From a virus (taxonomy: Duplodnaviria; Heunggongvirae; Uroviricota; Caudoviricetes), in IMG/VR virus record IMGVR_UViG_2563366978_000009, positions 1 to 39,954 of that record: a stretch of 39,954 bases of DNA. One strand, given 5' to 3'. Shown piece after piece: positions 26,801 to 35,464 of the stretch; the stretch's first letter is position 1; the number at the start of each line of letters is the position of its first letter. The notes under the pieces were generated by a model that worked only from the letters and a program-made list of their open reading frames with translations, was not told the origin of the DNA and ran no database searches. A program made the translations under genes and the position numbers.

Positions 26801-27595
26801 ATGTTTGAATCCTTCAAAGAGCTGTTTTTATCTACTGCCAATACTGCCGTGAATCGAGCCAAAAACCCTGTGCTTGGTGCTTTTGTTATGTCCTGGTGCG
26901 CCTTCAACTGGAAATCAATTCTTTATCTATTTTTTAGCAAATCAAACATAATAGATAAAATTTCATATATCTCAGATAACAGCACATGGAAAACTGTTAT
27001 GTTTTATCCATGCTTATCTGTAATTGCTATCTGCTGCCTATTACCATGGGTAAACAATATCATTAACGTATGGCAAGCAAAGCCTCTTGATAATAATGAC
27101 TCAATCGATAATCACCTGAAGGCAAGAAAAATCCAGCGTGAAACCAGACTGCAGAGGTTATTGGCTAAAAAAGATGTTACATACGACAAAGTTAAGACTG
27201 GCGCGGAAAAAGACATCCAAGAGATGAAAGAAGAGATTATTCGATCAAAGAATAGTATGGGGGAATTGACTGCCGAGTTGAAAGCTAAAGATGACGAATT
27301 GAGATCCGCCAGTGCTCAGTTAGCAGCTCTAAATCATTCATTAAAAGAGATATCGGAAACTCTGGGAAGAATGAATGAGGCATATAAGACCCTCCAAAAT
27401 GATTTCGACGAATACAAACTCAAATACCCTGAAAAATCTCAAATAAAAAGTCTTGCACTTGGCAACGGCCAAACAATTAGCAACTTTTTGGAGCAACACA
27501 ACTTATCCGGATTAAAATCTGGTAAGCCAGACGTTTTTAATAACTTTGGTGTTCTATCTGGATTATCAGGTTTCGAGGATAAAAATAAAGACTAA
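26801..27595 (+). CDS. Membrane protein with two N-terminal TM helices and a long C-terminal coiled coil
   Basis: Start at 26801 with AAGG RBS (alternative ATG at 26777 abuts the -10). Low GC; opposite strand to the flanking terminase and portal genes. No family recognised. Confidence 0.6.
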   Translation: MFESFKELFLSTANTAVNRAKNPVLGAFVMSWCAFNWKSILYLFFSKSNIIDKISYISDNSTWKTVMFYPCLSVIAICCLLPWVNNIINVWQAKPLDNNDSIDNHLKARKIQRETRLQRLLAKKDVTYDKVKTGAEKDIQEMKEEIIRSKNSMGELTAELKAKDDELRSASAQLAALNHSLKEISETLGRMNEAYKTLQNDFDEYKLKYPEKSQIKSLALGNGQTISNFLEQHNLSGLKSGKPDVFNNFGVLSGLSGFEDKNKD

Positions 27596-29067
27596 GCATA
27601 TGGATCGTACTCGGTAAGCGCCTTGCCTTGCTGGTTCTGCTGCCCGGGAATTCGCAGACGCTTCGACACAGGGAACGCAAACGTCAGCAGTAGCGCATCG
27701 CCTTTACCAGGAGAACGCCCAAGCCGCTCCTTGATATCTTCCTTCGGTTCGATAACGATTTTACCGTCCACTCGAACTTTGTACTCTGCCGCAGACAGGT
27801 CGTCCGCTGTTTCCTGGTCATCCAGCATGCCGCCCAGCCTCAGCCATGTCTTGCATGAGTTGAACATCTCCCCACGCTTGTTGAGCATCTGCGGGTCAGT
27901 AGACGCGCCACCGAACGGAACAAGTTGCCATGTACGACCCCAGCCATCACCGATTGACTTCAGACCAGTTCCGTAACCGAAGTCGATGAACACTGCGTCA
28001 GCCTGGTACTGGTCTTCAAAGTCAGCGATACGCTTCGCCATAATCAGATCGTCAGTGGTCTTGTTGCCAGTCCACAGCACCTTACTGTGCAGCCCCTGCC
28101 GCAGGTATATCACAGCGTCATCAACGCCTGAGTATGCCGGGTCAACGCCGATTATCACCGGAGCATGTGCAACCTGCGCAGCGGTTACCACCCGTTTCAT
28201 TGCCTCGTCAGTAAGACCGGTAGGGATAAACTGCAATTCAGATGCATCAGGGAATATGCCACGCACACGGATTTTAACGAAGTCGCTGTCTTCCCCGTAG
28301 TCATCAACCCATTTCTGCAACTGCTGTTTGTTGGTACCTTCCACCGTCCGACTGTCAATCTGCGCGGTTTTCCAGCGGTGTTTATACTTGCGGAAACATT
28401 CACGGAAACGTCCGGTATTACGCGTCGGGTTTCCGAACGCCACCCAGATAATCTCAGTGTCTTCGTCAGTTAGTGCACCCTCGGCAACTTCCCACACCAG
28501 ATCCGCAATGTTCGACGCTTCATCGAATACCACGATGATGCGTTTGCGCTCGTTGTGTAGTCCGGCGAATGCCTCAGTGTTGTGCTCAGACCAGGGGATT
28601 GCGTCAGCTCGCCACCGCTTGTCGTGCCCAGGATCATTGCTGTACATAGCGGTAGCGGTACAGGTAAACCAGTCTTTCGTGATAGCAAGGTTCGACCACT
28701 TGATAATTTCCGGCCAGGTCTTCGTTCGTAGCTGGTTGTCGGTGTTGGCGGTCACCACGACCTTACAATCCTCGCAAGTGGACATGCCCCAGTTGATCAG
28801 CATTGAGATGAATGCGGATTTACCAATACCGTGACCAGAAGCGCGTGCCAGCATAAGCGGCTGATAGCGCATCTCTGGATTCTGCAGGTGGTCACGTATC
28901 TCTCGGAACGCATCGGCCTGCCACTGACGTGGACCGGTAGCATGTGCCAGTTCAGTCCCCTCTTCCCCCCACGGGAACGCATAGAGGGCATAACCAAGCG
29001 GATCGTGAGTAAACCCTGCAATATCCTCGATCAACTGCTCTTCAGGAGATAACACTGTATCTGTCAC
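27592..29067 (-). CDS. Terminase large subunit
   Basis: 491 aa; Walker A-like GHGIGKS; upstream of portal, downstream of the small-subunit gene with a 4-nt overlap. Confidence 0.7.
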   Translation of the reverse strand: MTDTVLSPEEQLIEDIAGFTHDPLGYALYAFPWGEEGTELAHATGPRQWQADAFREIRDHLQNPEMRYQPLMLARASGHGIGKSAFISMLINWGMSTCEDCKVVVTANTDNQLRTKTWPEIIKWSNLAITKDWFTCTATAMYSNDPGHDKRWRADAIPWSEHNTEAFAGLHNERKRIIVVFDEASNIADLVWEVAEGALTDEDTEIIWVAFGNPTRNTGRFRECFRKYKHRWKTAQIDSRTVEGTNKQQLQKWVDDYGEDSDFVKIRVRGIFPDASELQFIPTGLTDEAMKRVVTAAQVAHAPVIIGVDPAYSGVDDAVIYLRQGLHSKVLWTGNKTTDDLIMAKRIADFEDQYQADAVFIDFGYGTGLKSIGDGWGRTWQLVPFGGASTDPQMLNKRGEMFNSCKTWLRLGGMLDDQETADDLSAAEYKVRVDGKIVIEPKEDIKERLGRSPGKGDALLLTFAFPVSKRLRIPGQQNQQGKALTEYDPYA

Positions 29068-29660
29068 TGATTACCATCCTGACGTTCTTTGAGTCGCTTC
29101 CTGGCTGCTGCTATGCGATCAGCAATTGTCACATTCACATTAACATCCAGGCGTTCTTTGAATGCGTTGACGTCGACGTGCTTACCAATCAGTTCGAGGT
29201 TCTTCACCTTGTCAGGCCATTTAATTTTTTTGAGGATTGTCTCTATCGAATCCTCGTTCATGTTCATGATGGTCGATGACAGATCAAAGCCGCTAAGCGT
29301 AGTGCGCCAGATTTTCGGCCACTCGCGGATTGGCTTAAGGCTCCCATCGTCGTTGAGGATGTCGATCACGTCCATCTGGTCGATCTCCACCAGGCGCATG
29401 AGAACGTAATCAGCACTGACGCGCATTCGTTTGTTGCGCTCCTCCATCAACTCGGCAATCCGTTTCTGAATGCGTTCATCGCGCATCATGACACTGGCTT
29501 TAACTGCCGCTGTATTTGGGGAGAATCCTGCGTTAATCGCAGCCTGAGTCTGATTTTCAGGCGTTTTGATGTATGACTGGCAATAAGCCTCCTGCATTGC
29601 TGTTAGTGGCTTAAATTGCGTTGATTTGCGTTTATAGGTTTTAGGTTCAGCAGGCATCAT
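29064..29660 (-). CDS. Terminase small subunit
   Basis: Start MMPAEPKTYKRK at 29660 with GGTGG RBS; the longer ORF to 29738 adds a poly-Thr extension; position before terL. Confidence 0.55.
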   Translation of the reverse strand: MMPAEPKTYKRKSTQFKPLTAMQEAYCQSYIKTPENQTQAAINAGFSPNTAAVKASVMMRDERIQKRIAELMEERNKRMRVSADYVLMRLVEIDQMDVIDILNDDGSLKPIREWPKIWRTTLSGFDLSSTIMNMNEDSIETILKKIKWPDKVKNLELIGKHVDVNAFKERLDVNVNVTIADRIAAARKRLKERQDGNQ

Positions 29661-29734
29661 AACCACCGTGGTAATAGTTACCGTTGTGGTAATAGTACCA
29701 TGCAAAATAAAGCCGCCATAGTTGGCGGCAGTAT

Positions 29735-29968
29735 TCAAAGTCCATCAAATTCATCGTAAAAACTCTCGTCAAGATACCCTTCCCATTTACCGCGAATGAA
29801 AATTACATCCTCGCCGCAAGGGTGCTGACTGTCGATAACTATATCCCTCCTGGCGCAACCATACTTATGCATGAGAAATTTAACCTCTTTCGGAAAATTT
29901 GCTGAGTTATCTCTCATATCTTCAAGGTCGTAGCGTATTTTTGGCATAACACCTTCGTGACATGTCAC
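29735..29968 (-). CDS. Hypothetical protein
   Basis: 77 aa ORF coupled between early and terminase genes. Confidence 0.4.
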   Translation of the reverse strand: MTCHEGVMPKIRYDLEDMRDNSANFPKEVKFLMHKYGCARRDIVIDSQHPCGEDVIFIRGKWEGYLDESFYDEFDGL

Positions 29969-30312
29969 ACTATTAATTTCGTTTCATGCCAGCCTTTGGT
30001 CACCCAGCATTGCGAGTCACCATTACACGGGCATGAATTCACAGGAACTCTCTCGCCGCACTTACCGCAACGTTTTCTGCTGATCGATTTTATACGCCCG
30101 TGCACGCGAGCATCATCCTGGCGGATAAGTAACGCAATATACTCACCAAATTCGTAAGGCGCACGCCCGGGGCGACGCGTGGCACAGTTACGCTCCAGCA
30201 TTTCAATTTCCTGAGCATCAAGCACAATTTCCAGCTTACGCACACCAGATGCAGCTTGTCTGGCTCTCTGAGCGGCTTTGCGCTCTGCGGGGGATTTAGC
30301 CACGAATCGCAC
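29965..30312 (-). CDS. Hypothetical protein with C-terminal zinc ribbon
   Basis: 115 aa; CGKCGERVPVNSCPCNGDSQC; last early gene before the terminase genes. Confidence 0.45.
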   Translation of the reverse strand: MRFVAKSPAERKAAQRARQAASGVRKLEIVLDAQEIEMLERNCATRRPGRAPYEFGEYIALLIRQDDARVHGRIKSISRKRCGKCGERVPVNSCPCNGDSQCWVTKGWHETKLIV

Positions 30313-30418
30313 TCCACGCCAGATTGATTAATGACTCCCAGGCAATATAAACCCGGATACCAGCAGCCAGGCCGAAACCAATCACCATGGCATAAAGCAG
30401 AGCGTTGCACTTGTTCAT
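30296..30418 (-). CDS. Small hydrophobic peptide (40 aa)
   Basis: MNKCNALLYAMVIGFGLAAGIRVYIAW, one predicted TM; start overlaps upstream stop (TAATG). Confidence 0.3.
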   Translation of the reverse strand: MNKCNALLYAMVIGFGLAAGIRVYIAWESLINLAWSAIRG

Positions 30419-31023
30419 TACTTCACCTTCTGCGGCGGTTCTGGCAGCGGCATCCAGTACAAGGCGTTCCCTAACCACGATAAAGTGCCGTCGCTCAACT
30501 CCACGTATTCCCCTTGTACCTGTCCTGCCATATACTCGCCGTGCTTTGAATAAATTAAAATCCAATCATCTTGAGCGGGCATTCGCTCACTACAGCTTAT
30601 CCAACCATCCGGAGTTACCGGAGAGTTGCCATTTACATCGAAGTTTGGCTCTGCGTCCTGAACCAGGAGGATGTAACCATTCTTGGCAGTATCAAGTTCT
30701 AACGCCTCGGTGACGGTACCGAAATAGCGATTACCTAAATCCGCATCACAAGTGCTTACATCAATGGAAACCTCCATGCCTTCGATTAATTCTGGCAAGT
30801 TGTAAGCTTGGCTTACAGGTTCTGCTCCCAGTGATGCCAGTGCAATTCGTGCCAGCTCACGCACAACTTCAGGGGGCGCGTGACGGTCATTCAGGTCATC
30901 CCACAGACGTAGCATGTCATTGCTATCAGGGTTAACATCCTCATTAGTTCCGGCCAGCGCACTAATAACCTCATCGGCTGCTTCAATAATTTTCTGTGCC
31001 TGTTCTCTGGTAATAGTGGTCAT
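30418..31023 (-). CDS. Hypothetical early protein with DUF551-like C-terminal domain
   Basis: C-terminus DGWISCSERMP...WLGNALYWMPLPEPP as recalled for DUF551. Confidence 0.5.
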   Translation of the reverse strand: MTTITREQAQKIIEAADEVISALAGTNEDVNPDSNDMLRLWDDLNDRHAPPEVVRELARIALASLGAEPVSQAYNLPELIEGMEVSIDVSTCDADLGNRYFGTVTEALELDTAKNGYILLVQDAEPNFDVNGNSPVTPDGWISCSERMPAQDDWILIYSKHGEYMAGQVQGEYVELSDGTLSWLGNALYWMPLPEPPQKVK

Positions 31024-31033
31024 TTGTTATGCC

Positions 31034-31231
31034 TCAATACACAAAATCTGTTTTAAATTCATGGTTACATTCTGGACAGCATGTTTCGTAACCTTTTATT
31101 TCTTCACATGCCTGTTTAGCTCCAGAAAACTCCCAGAAATCTGGATCACAAAGCAGATCGAAATTGTGACCACATTTGGGACATTCGGTATCAAGTGACA
31201 GACTCCAGTAAGCAGTAGTGTTTTTATCCAT
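31034..31231 (-). CDS. Small zinc-ribbon protein
   Basis: MDKNTTAYW start; CPKCGHNF ... CCPECNHEF. Confidence 0.45.
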   Translation of the reverse strand: MDKNTTAYWSLSLDTECPKCGHNFDLLCDPDFWEFSGAKQACEEIKGYETCCPECNHEFKTDFVY

Positions 31232-31232
31232 A

Positions 31233-31784
31233 TCACTCTCCTTTGATGCGAATGCCAGCGGCGCGGGAATCATTCCATCGCTTTACTTCTTCACGAATTA
31301 CGTCAATGCATTCTTTCGAATCCATTAGGTAATCTTCATCAAAAAGACGTTCCTGTTCGTTTTCTATCGCAACAATGATTGCTTCAACTAACTTTTGTGC
31401 CTGAGAATCACTTTCTAACTCTGCTATGCGCTTACTTCCATCCGAGATAACACCTTCGTAATACTCACGCTGCTCGTTGAGTTTTGATTTTGTCTCCTCA
31501 AGCTCAACTCTCAGTTTCCCTACCGTTAGCGCAATATCCTCGTTCTCCTGGTCACGGAGTTTGATGTATTGCTGGTTTCTTTCCCGTTCATCCAGCAGTG
31601 CCAGCACGGTTTCTGGTCCGGCCAGAAATTTGAAGGCGTTGAGCGCATCAATATCCACACCGTAATCTTTAAGTTCCTGTTCACTTATCAGGTCCTCATC
31701 AACTGGCAACATTAACAGGCGTTCCATTGCCGGAATTGCACGTTCTGCCGCCTCACGCAGCGCCAGTGTGTCGATATTGCTCAT
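31233..31784 (-). CDS. Ea22-like early protein
   Basis: Start MSNIDTLALREAAERA, like the conserved N-terminus of Ead/Ea22-family proteins; acidic coiled-coil body. Confidence 0.5.
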   Translation of the reverse strand: MSNIDTLALREAAERAIPAMERLLMLPVDEDLISEQELKDYGVDIDALNAFKFLAGPETVLALLDERERNQQYIKLRDQENEDIALTVGKLRVELEETKSKLNEQREYYEGVISDGSKRIAELESDSQAQKLVEAIIVAIENEQERLFDEDYLMDSKECIDVIREEVKRWNDSRAAGIRIKGE

Positions 31785-32014
31785 TGTGCCTCCTCGATTT
31801 CGTCCCATTCCACCCAAGCATTCTCTCCATCAGCATCGATTTCACCTTTGTGACCGCATTTGGAACAGACGGCCTCATCACCCGCCCACAAAGAATCTTT
31901 GGTTATCGACCATCCTGTTACCTTGGCTTTGCCGTGCTGGCACTTAGGGCAATCATCAAGCCATTCGACTTCGACCGTTGAAGGACCAAATCCATGTTCA
32001 GTTCGGATGCTCAT
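31781..32014 (-). CDS. Small zinc-ribbon protein
   Basis: MSIRTEHGF start; CPKCQHG ... CSKCGHKG; ATGA overlaps on both sides. Confidence 0.45.
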   Translation of the reverse strand: MSIRTEHGFGPSTVEVEWLDDCPKCQHGKAKVTGWSITKDSLWAGDEAVCSKCGHKGEIDADGENAWVEWDEIEEAQ

Positions 32015-32592
32015 GACTGAACTCCTTTGCGAATCTGTTCCGCCCATTCTTCAAGGGATTTCTCCGCATATTCACCGGACAGGCCATCAATCGGATGCGG
32101 TTCATTAGCCAACTCTTCTTTCGCTGACAAAATCATGCGTGTAACGTCGAAAACTTCACGCAAAGACTTATTGATAAATCCGTGATTGAACGCAGCAGCA
32201 AGACGGCTTGCGGCGTAGTTAATCCCCTCGTTGCGTGCCTCCGCACGTATTTCAGCCAGGAAAGCGTCGGTGGCTGGGGTTTCAACACGGATGCTGTCGC
32301 GCAAGATGAAAAATGCATCAAGCATTCCAGTCTCCGGCACTTCATCCTGATACTTCTCATACGCATCAAGAGCCTTCATCATCTCAGGTCCGAATGGTTG
32401 AGGGTGCGCAGACTTCATCCCCGCATTCTCCGCCGCCATCGCATTAGCACGCACCAGTTGCACTTCCAGTTGCGTTGCCAAATCGCTGATCAGCTTTGCC
32501 ACACTGCGCATATCAACGGCACCACATTCTGCTTTCAGTTCCGAAGCCATCTCATGCCCGGCGGCAACTAACCCTTTGATATTACTTTCCAT
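32011..32592 (-). CDS. Hypothetical early protein
   Basis: 193 aa, Ala-rich, no TM; coupled in the early operon. Confidence 0.5.
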   Translation of the reverse strand: MESNIKGLVAAGHEMASELKAECGAVDMRSVAKLISDLATQLEVQLVRANAMAAENAGMKSAHPQPFGPEMMKALDAYEKYQDEVPETGMLDAFFILRDSIRVETPATDAFLAEIRAEARNEGINYAASRLAAAFNHGFINKSLREVFDVTRMILSAKEELANEPHPIDGLSGEYAEKSLEEWAEQIRKGVQS

Positions 32593-32653
32593 CTTTACCC
32601 TCGCTTATCCACATAACTTATTGATTACATTGATAACTAAAAAGATCGTCGAT

Positions 32654-32998
32654 TCAGAACTTTTCGATGTTCCAGCCACCACCTGCTTTCTTTGGTTTAA
32701 CCGTTACCCCGATGATTCGGAACGGATACTGATCTGCGGCGACTTTGGTTTTCACCCTGGCGTCGTCGGTCCAGAAACCTTTCACTTCGTGCAGTTCCAT
32801 CTCGCCGGTGGCGAGCATCACAGCAAAATCGGGCGTATAGAACGTGTTGTCAGCTAACCGCAGCTTGATACCCTCAAATCGATACCAGACGATTTCTCCT
32901 GCACGTTTACGCAGCTCAAGGTGCTGGCAATACGCAGATTCTGTTTTGTTCATCTGACCTGTTTTGAGTCGACCAAGAGCCTGTATCTGTTTTCTCAT
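32654..32998 (-). CDS. DUF1064-like putative nuclease
   Basis: Pattern Y..LEL....GEI....F.......NTFYTPDF.V....GEMELHEVKG....ARVKTKVAA..YP; start preceded by GAGGTAA that lies inside an operator. Confidence 0.5.
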   Translation of the reverse strand: MRKQIQALGRLKTGQMNKTESAYCQHLELRKRAGEIVWYRFEGIKLRLADNTFYTPDFAVMLATGEMELHEVKGFWTDDARVKTKVAADQYPFRIIGVTVKPKKAGGGWNIEKF

Positions 32999-33001
32999 GA
33001 T

Positions 33002-33016
33002 TTACCTCTGAGGTAA
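33002..33016. promoter_or_regulatory. Operator palindrome TTACC-N5-GGTAA (perfect) overlapping the RBS of 32654..32998
   Basis: Minus-strand sense reads TTACCTCAGAGGTAAATC then ATG. Confidence 0.55.
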
Positions 33017-33063
33017 TTAAAAACCACATAAGACACGAAATCAATAGATTTTAGAATATTTTA

Positions 33064-33078
33064 TTACCTAACAGGTAA
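33064..33078. promoter_or_regulatory. Operator palindrome TTACC-N5-GGTAA (perfect)
   Basis: TTACCTAACAGGTAA, 62 bp centre-to-centre from the 33002 copy. Confidence 0.55.
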
Positions 33079-33115
33079 TTGTCGAGGCGTAAAAAAATGC
33101 GCTATCGCGCTGGTA

Positions 33116-33901
33116 TTACTTGATAAATCCTGCCGCCTTTCCCCGCCTGTATTCCTCCATCAGCCACTGCGCCGGTGTTATTCCCCCAAGGGTGGCGGCG
33201 TTAGGCATGCACCCGAAACTTCGCCCTGGTGGATGGTAAACGTCTCTCCCTGTGTCCGGAGGCGTACTCATGGGCTCTGGCTTTGCCTGTATGCTGATCA
33301 CCGGATCGGGTATCTGCTGTCCGGAAGCCACCTTTTTCGCCCAATCATCGAGCAGCCTGCGTGCGTGTTTCTCAACCTCAATCTCGCTAAGCTGGCGCTG
33401 ATACATTGCACGGCGGGTATCACATACGACCCAGTACATAACCGGATGTCGCCACGGGAATCTTTCGGGACCACCAGGATATAAACTTTTTTCCTTGCTG
33501 TACCGGTGAAACTCCGCCATCACATCGTCAATGGTGACGCCAAGAACCATCTTGCTGTCTTTGCACCACTTGATAAATTGCCCTGGAGACGGCCAGAACG
33601 GAGATTCACTGGCGCGGGCGTGGCGCATACCAGCAGAAACCTGTTCACGGGTTCGGATCCCCCCTTCGGCAAACGCAGCAATCCACTGCTGTTTTGCAGC
33701 AACTTCCTGCTCTGGCGTCTTCAGGTTGGTTACCACTGCCGCCGGAAACAGTTGTTTCAGCTGTTTAAAAAGGGCATCAACAAGCCTCTCTGCTGACATG
33801 TTCACCACATTGTCATTGTTGACGTACTGATGCTCATAACCTGACATGCGAGAAAGGGCTTCTCCGTCACGGTTTTGTATCGCGGTAAAAACGTTGTTCA
33901 C
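33116..33901 (-). CDS. Replication protein P-like (helicase loader)
   Basis: Block QWIAAFAEGGIRTREQVSAGMRHARASESPFWPSPGQFIKWCKD parallels lambda P (NGITTMEQVNAGMRVARRQNRPFLPSPGQFVAWCRE). Start placed at GTG 33901 (GGGAGGA RBS, GTGA overlap with O-like stop); in-frame ATG at 33916 is an alternative. Confidence 0.65.
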   Translation of the reverse strand: MNNVFTAIQNRDGEALSRMSGYEHQYVNNDNVVNMSAERLVDALFKQLKQLFPAAVVTNLKTPEQEVAAKQQWIAAFAEGGIRTREQVSAGMRHARASESPFWPSPGQFIKWCKDSKMVLGVTIDDVMAEFHRYSKEKSLYPGGPERFPWRHPVMYWVVCDTRRAMYQRQLSEIEVEKHARRLLDDWAKKVASGQQIPDPVISIQAKPEPMSTPPDTGRDVYHPPGRSFGCMPNAATLGGITPAQWLMEEYRRGKAAGFIK

Positions 33902-34713
33902 AAGAAATCCTCCCATGCTTCAGGGCTGTTCCAGTGCGGAACGTTGTTATCAGGTAATGTTGATTGCTTCTGTCTGCTAATCTGCAGCCGCCTTGCCAGC
34001 TTCTGCTCCCACTGTGCCTGATGGTATGCCTTACCCTCAGCCATCCAGTAAATTCTGAACTCTGCAAGTTCCTGTGCCGTTGGCAGACTGTCCAGGTAGA
34101 TCCCCTGCAATGAGCTTTTCCGAAGAAAGTCATCTGATGGCTGCCATTGTTCATGCATGACAAATTTGCCTAATTGCCCTGGCCCACCAGGAGGAACAAA
34201 GTTATTCATCACGGCGTTGTTTGCTCCGGGGTCATGAGGCACAGAATCCCCGCTTTTTGTCCTGCTCTCCCTCTCTTGGTTAAATGACTGGTTATATGAC
34301 TGGTTCTGGATCCCGTTTTTGGGATCATTCAACATCCCGTTTTTGGGATCATTCAACATCCCGTTTTTGGGTATATTCCCGTTTTTGGGTATATTCCCGT
34401 TTTCGGGTTCATTGCCCCCCTCCCGGTTGCCTTTAATGTTCCCGTTTTTGGTTATATTAAGAGAGAAAACCCGCACTCTTTTTGTCGCTCCCTTTCTCTC
34501 TCCGGTATCTGAAATAAGCCCCATTTTCATGAGCGATATAAGCCCGGCCTGCACGGTTTTTTTATTCAGGCAAGTGTCTTTAACGAGGCGTTCTATGCTG
34601 GGGTAGCAGAGGTTATATTCATCGGATCTGTCAGCCATCGAGAGCAGTATGAGCTTTAATGATGAGCTACCTGGATCTGTCTCCCAGGCCCAATCTGTTG
34701 CATGTCTGCTCAT
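33898..34713 (-). CDS. Replication initiator O-like protein with in-gene iterons
   Basis: N-terminal winged-helix-like domain; central NGNIPKNG / MLNDPKNG peptide repeats encoded by DNA iterons; Trp-rich C-terminus. Confidence 0.65.
   Translation of the reverse strand: MSRHATDWAWETDPGSSSLKLILLSMADRSDEYNLCYPSIERLVKDTCLNKKTVQAGLISLMKMGLISDTGERKGATKRVRVFSLNITKNGNIKGNREGGNEPENGNIPKNGNIPKNGMLNDPKNGMLNDPKNGIQNQSYNQSFNQERESRTKSGDSVPHDPGANNAVMNNFVPPGGPGQLGKFVMHEQWQPSDDFLRKSSLQGIYLDSLPTAQELAEFRIYWMAEGKAYHQAQWEQKLARRLQISRQKQSTLPDNNVPHWNSPEAWEDFL
34311..34452. repeat. Iteron array (candidate origin) inside the O-like gene
   Basis: About seven direct repeats of TCCCGTTTTTGG(G/T) with 24- and 18-bp periods, preceded by two ATGACTGGTT repeats. 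Confidence 0.7.
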
Positions 34714-34728
34714 GATTAATCTCCGCTA

Positions 34729-34929
34729 TCAGCTTGAGTGTTGTGGGGAGGAATTAATCATGATCTGCTTAATCTCTGCCCTGATGCGACGGTTTGATTC
34801 CATGGTGCACTCAACACAGTGCCCGTTGTAAACCCAGCGTTCACTGTCATGTCCATGCTTACATGGCTTTCCGGTGTAGTAGCGTTTAAGTCCGCGCTTT
34901 GCGGCATCAATACGTGTAATGATTTCCAT
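34729..34929 (-). CDS. Small Cys/His-rich protein in the cII position
   Basis: Start MEIITRIDAAKRG at 34929 (the longer ORF adds a hydrophobic extension); CKHGH ... CVEC. Confidence 0.4.
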   Translation of the reverse strand: MEIITRIDAAKRGLKRYYTGKPCKHGHDSERWVYNGHCVECTMESNRRIRAEIKQIMINSSPQHSS

Positions 34930-35009
34930 GGTAAGCCCTGTTATTAGTATTGGGATTACGGTTATTTTGTGCTGACACAAAAAAAAGATCAACCATATTT
35001 GGTTTTTTA

Positions 35010-35024
35010 TTACCTTTGAGGTAC
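35010..35024. promoter_or_regulatory. Operator palindrome TTACC-N5-GGTAC (one mismatch)
   Basis: TTACCTTTGAGGTAC between the cro-like terminator and the cII-position gene. Confidence 0.45.
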
Positions 35025-35035
35025 GAATAGATATG

Positions 35036-35057
35036 AAAAGACCGCCGGATGGCGGTC
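35036..35057 (-). terminator. Terminator downstream of the cro-like gene
   Basis: GACCGCC GGAT GGCGGTC; on the minus strand followed by TTTTC. Confidence 0.5.
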
Positions 35058-35079
35058 TACAGAGGGTTGTGGCTGGATA

Positions 35080-35310
35080 TCATGAGTAGAAGAAGTATGC
35101 CAGTTCTGCTTTTGAGCGCAGCCATTGTCTTGATTTACAGGCTTTAAAAAGCCCATCCATCAATACCTTACCTGGCATTTTGCGCTTACCTGTTAAGTGA
35201 GTCTGGATATAGTGACTCGTCGTTCCGGCTTCCTGTGCGAAGGCTTCACGCTCATCCGGAGTAAGTGCAAGCCAGTGCTTTTTGAAATCGAAATGTCCGT
35301 TATCGCTCAT
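35080..35310 (-). CDS. Cro-like small regulator
   Basis: 76 aa, divergent from the repressor across a three-operator region; candidate helix-turn-helix at TPDEREAFAQEAGTTSHYIQTHLTG. Confidence 0.55.
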   Translation of the reverse strand: MSDNGHFDFKKHWLALTPDEREAFAQEAGTTSHYIQTHLTGKRKMPGKVLMDGLFKACKSRQWLRSKAELAYFFYS

Positions 35311-35346
35311 AGCTATTGCCTGATATTTATTTCAGATAATAAATAT

Positions 35347-35361
35347 TCACCTATAAGGTAA
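35347..35361. promoter_or_regulatory. Operator copy 1 of the divergent immunity region (TCACC-N5-GGTAA)
   Basis: TCACCTATAAGGTAA. Confidence 0.55.
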
Positions 35362-35377
35362 CAAAAATCAAGGATAG

Positions 35378-35392
35378 TTACCCATGAGGTGC
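35378..35392. promoter_or_regulatory. Operator copy 2 of the immunity region (TTACC-N5-GGTGC, degenerate)
   Basis: TTACCCATGAGGTGC. Confidence 0.4.
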
Positions 35393-35394
35393 AT

Positions 35395-35409
35395 TTACCT
35401 GTTGGGTAA
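35395..35409. promoter_or_regulatory. Operator copy 3 of the immunity region (TTACC-N5-GGTAA, perfect)
   Basis: TTACCTGTTGGGTAA; the three copies have centres 31 and 17 bp apart. Confidence 0.55.
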
Positions 35410-35464
35410 TATTGCTTTAAATTGAATCATCTACTGATTCATATATGAGGCGATTTTCCAGAAA

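Noticed and set aside
29661-29738. N-terminal 26-aa extension of the small terminase ORF
   Set aside because: Poly-Thr low-complexity extension that overlaps the upstream gene; the internal Met pair has an RBS.
34311-34452. Direct repeats as a CRISPR array
   Set aside because: Repeats are 18-24 bp with no unique spacers, lie inside a coding gene and encode a peptide repeat; they fit replication iterons.
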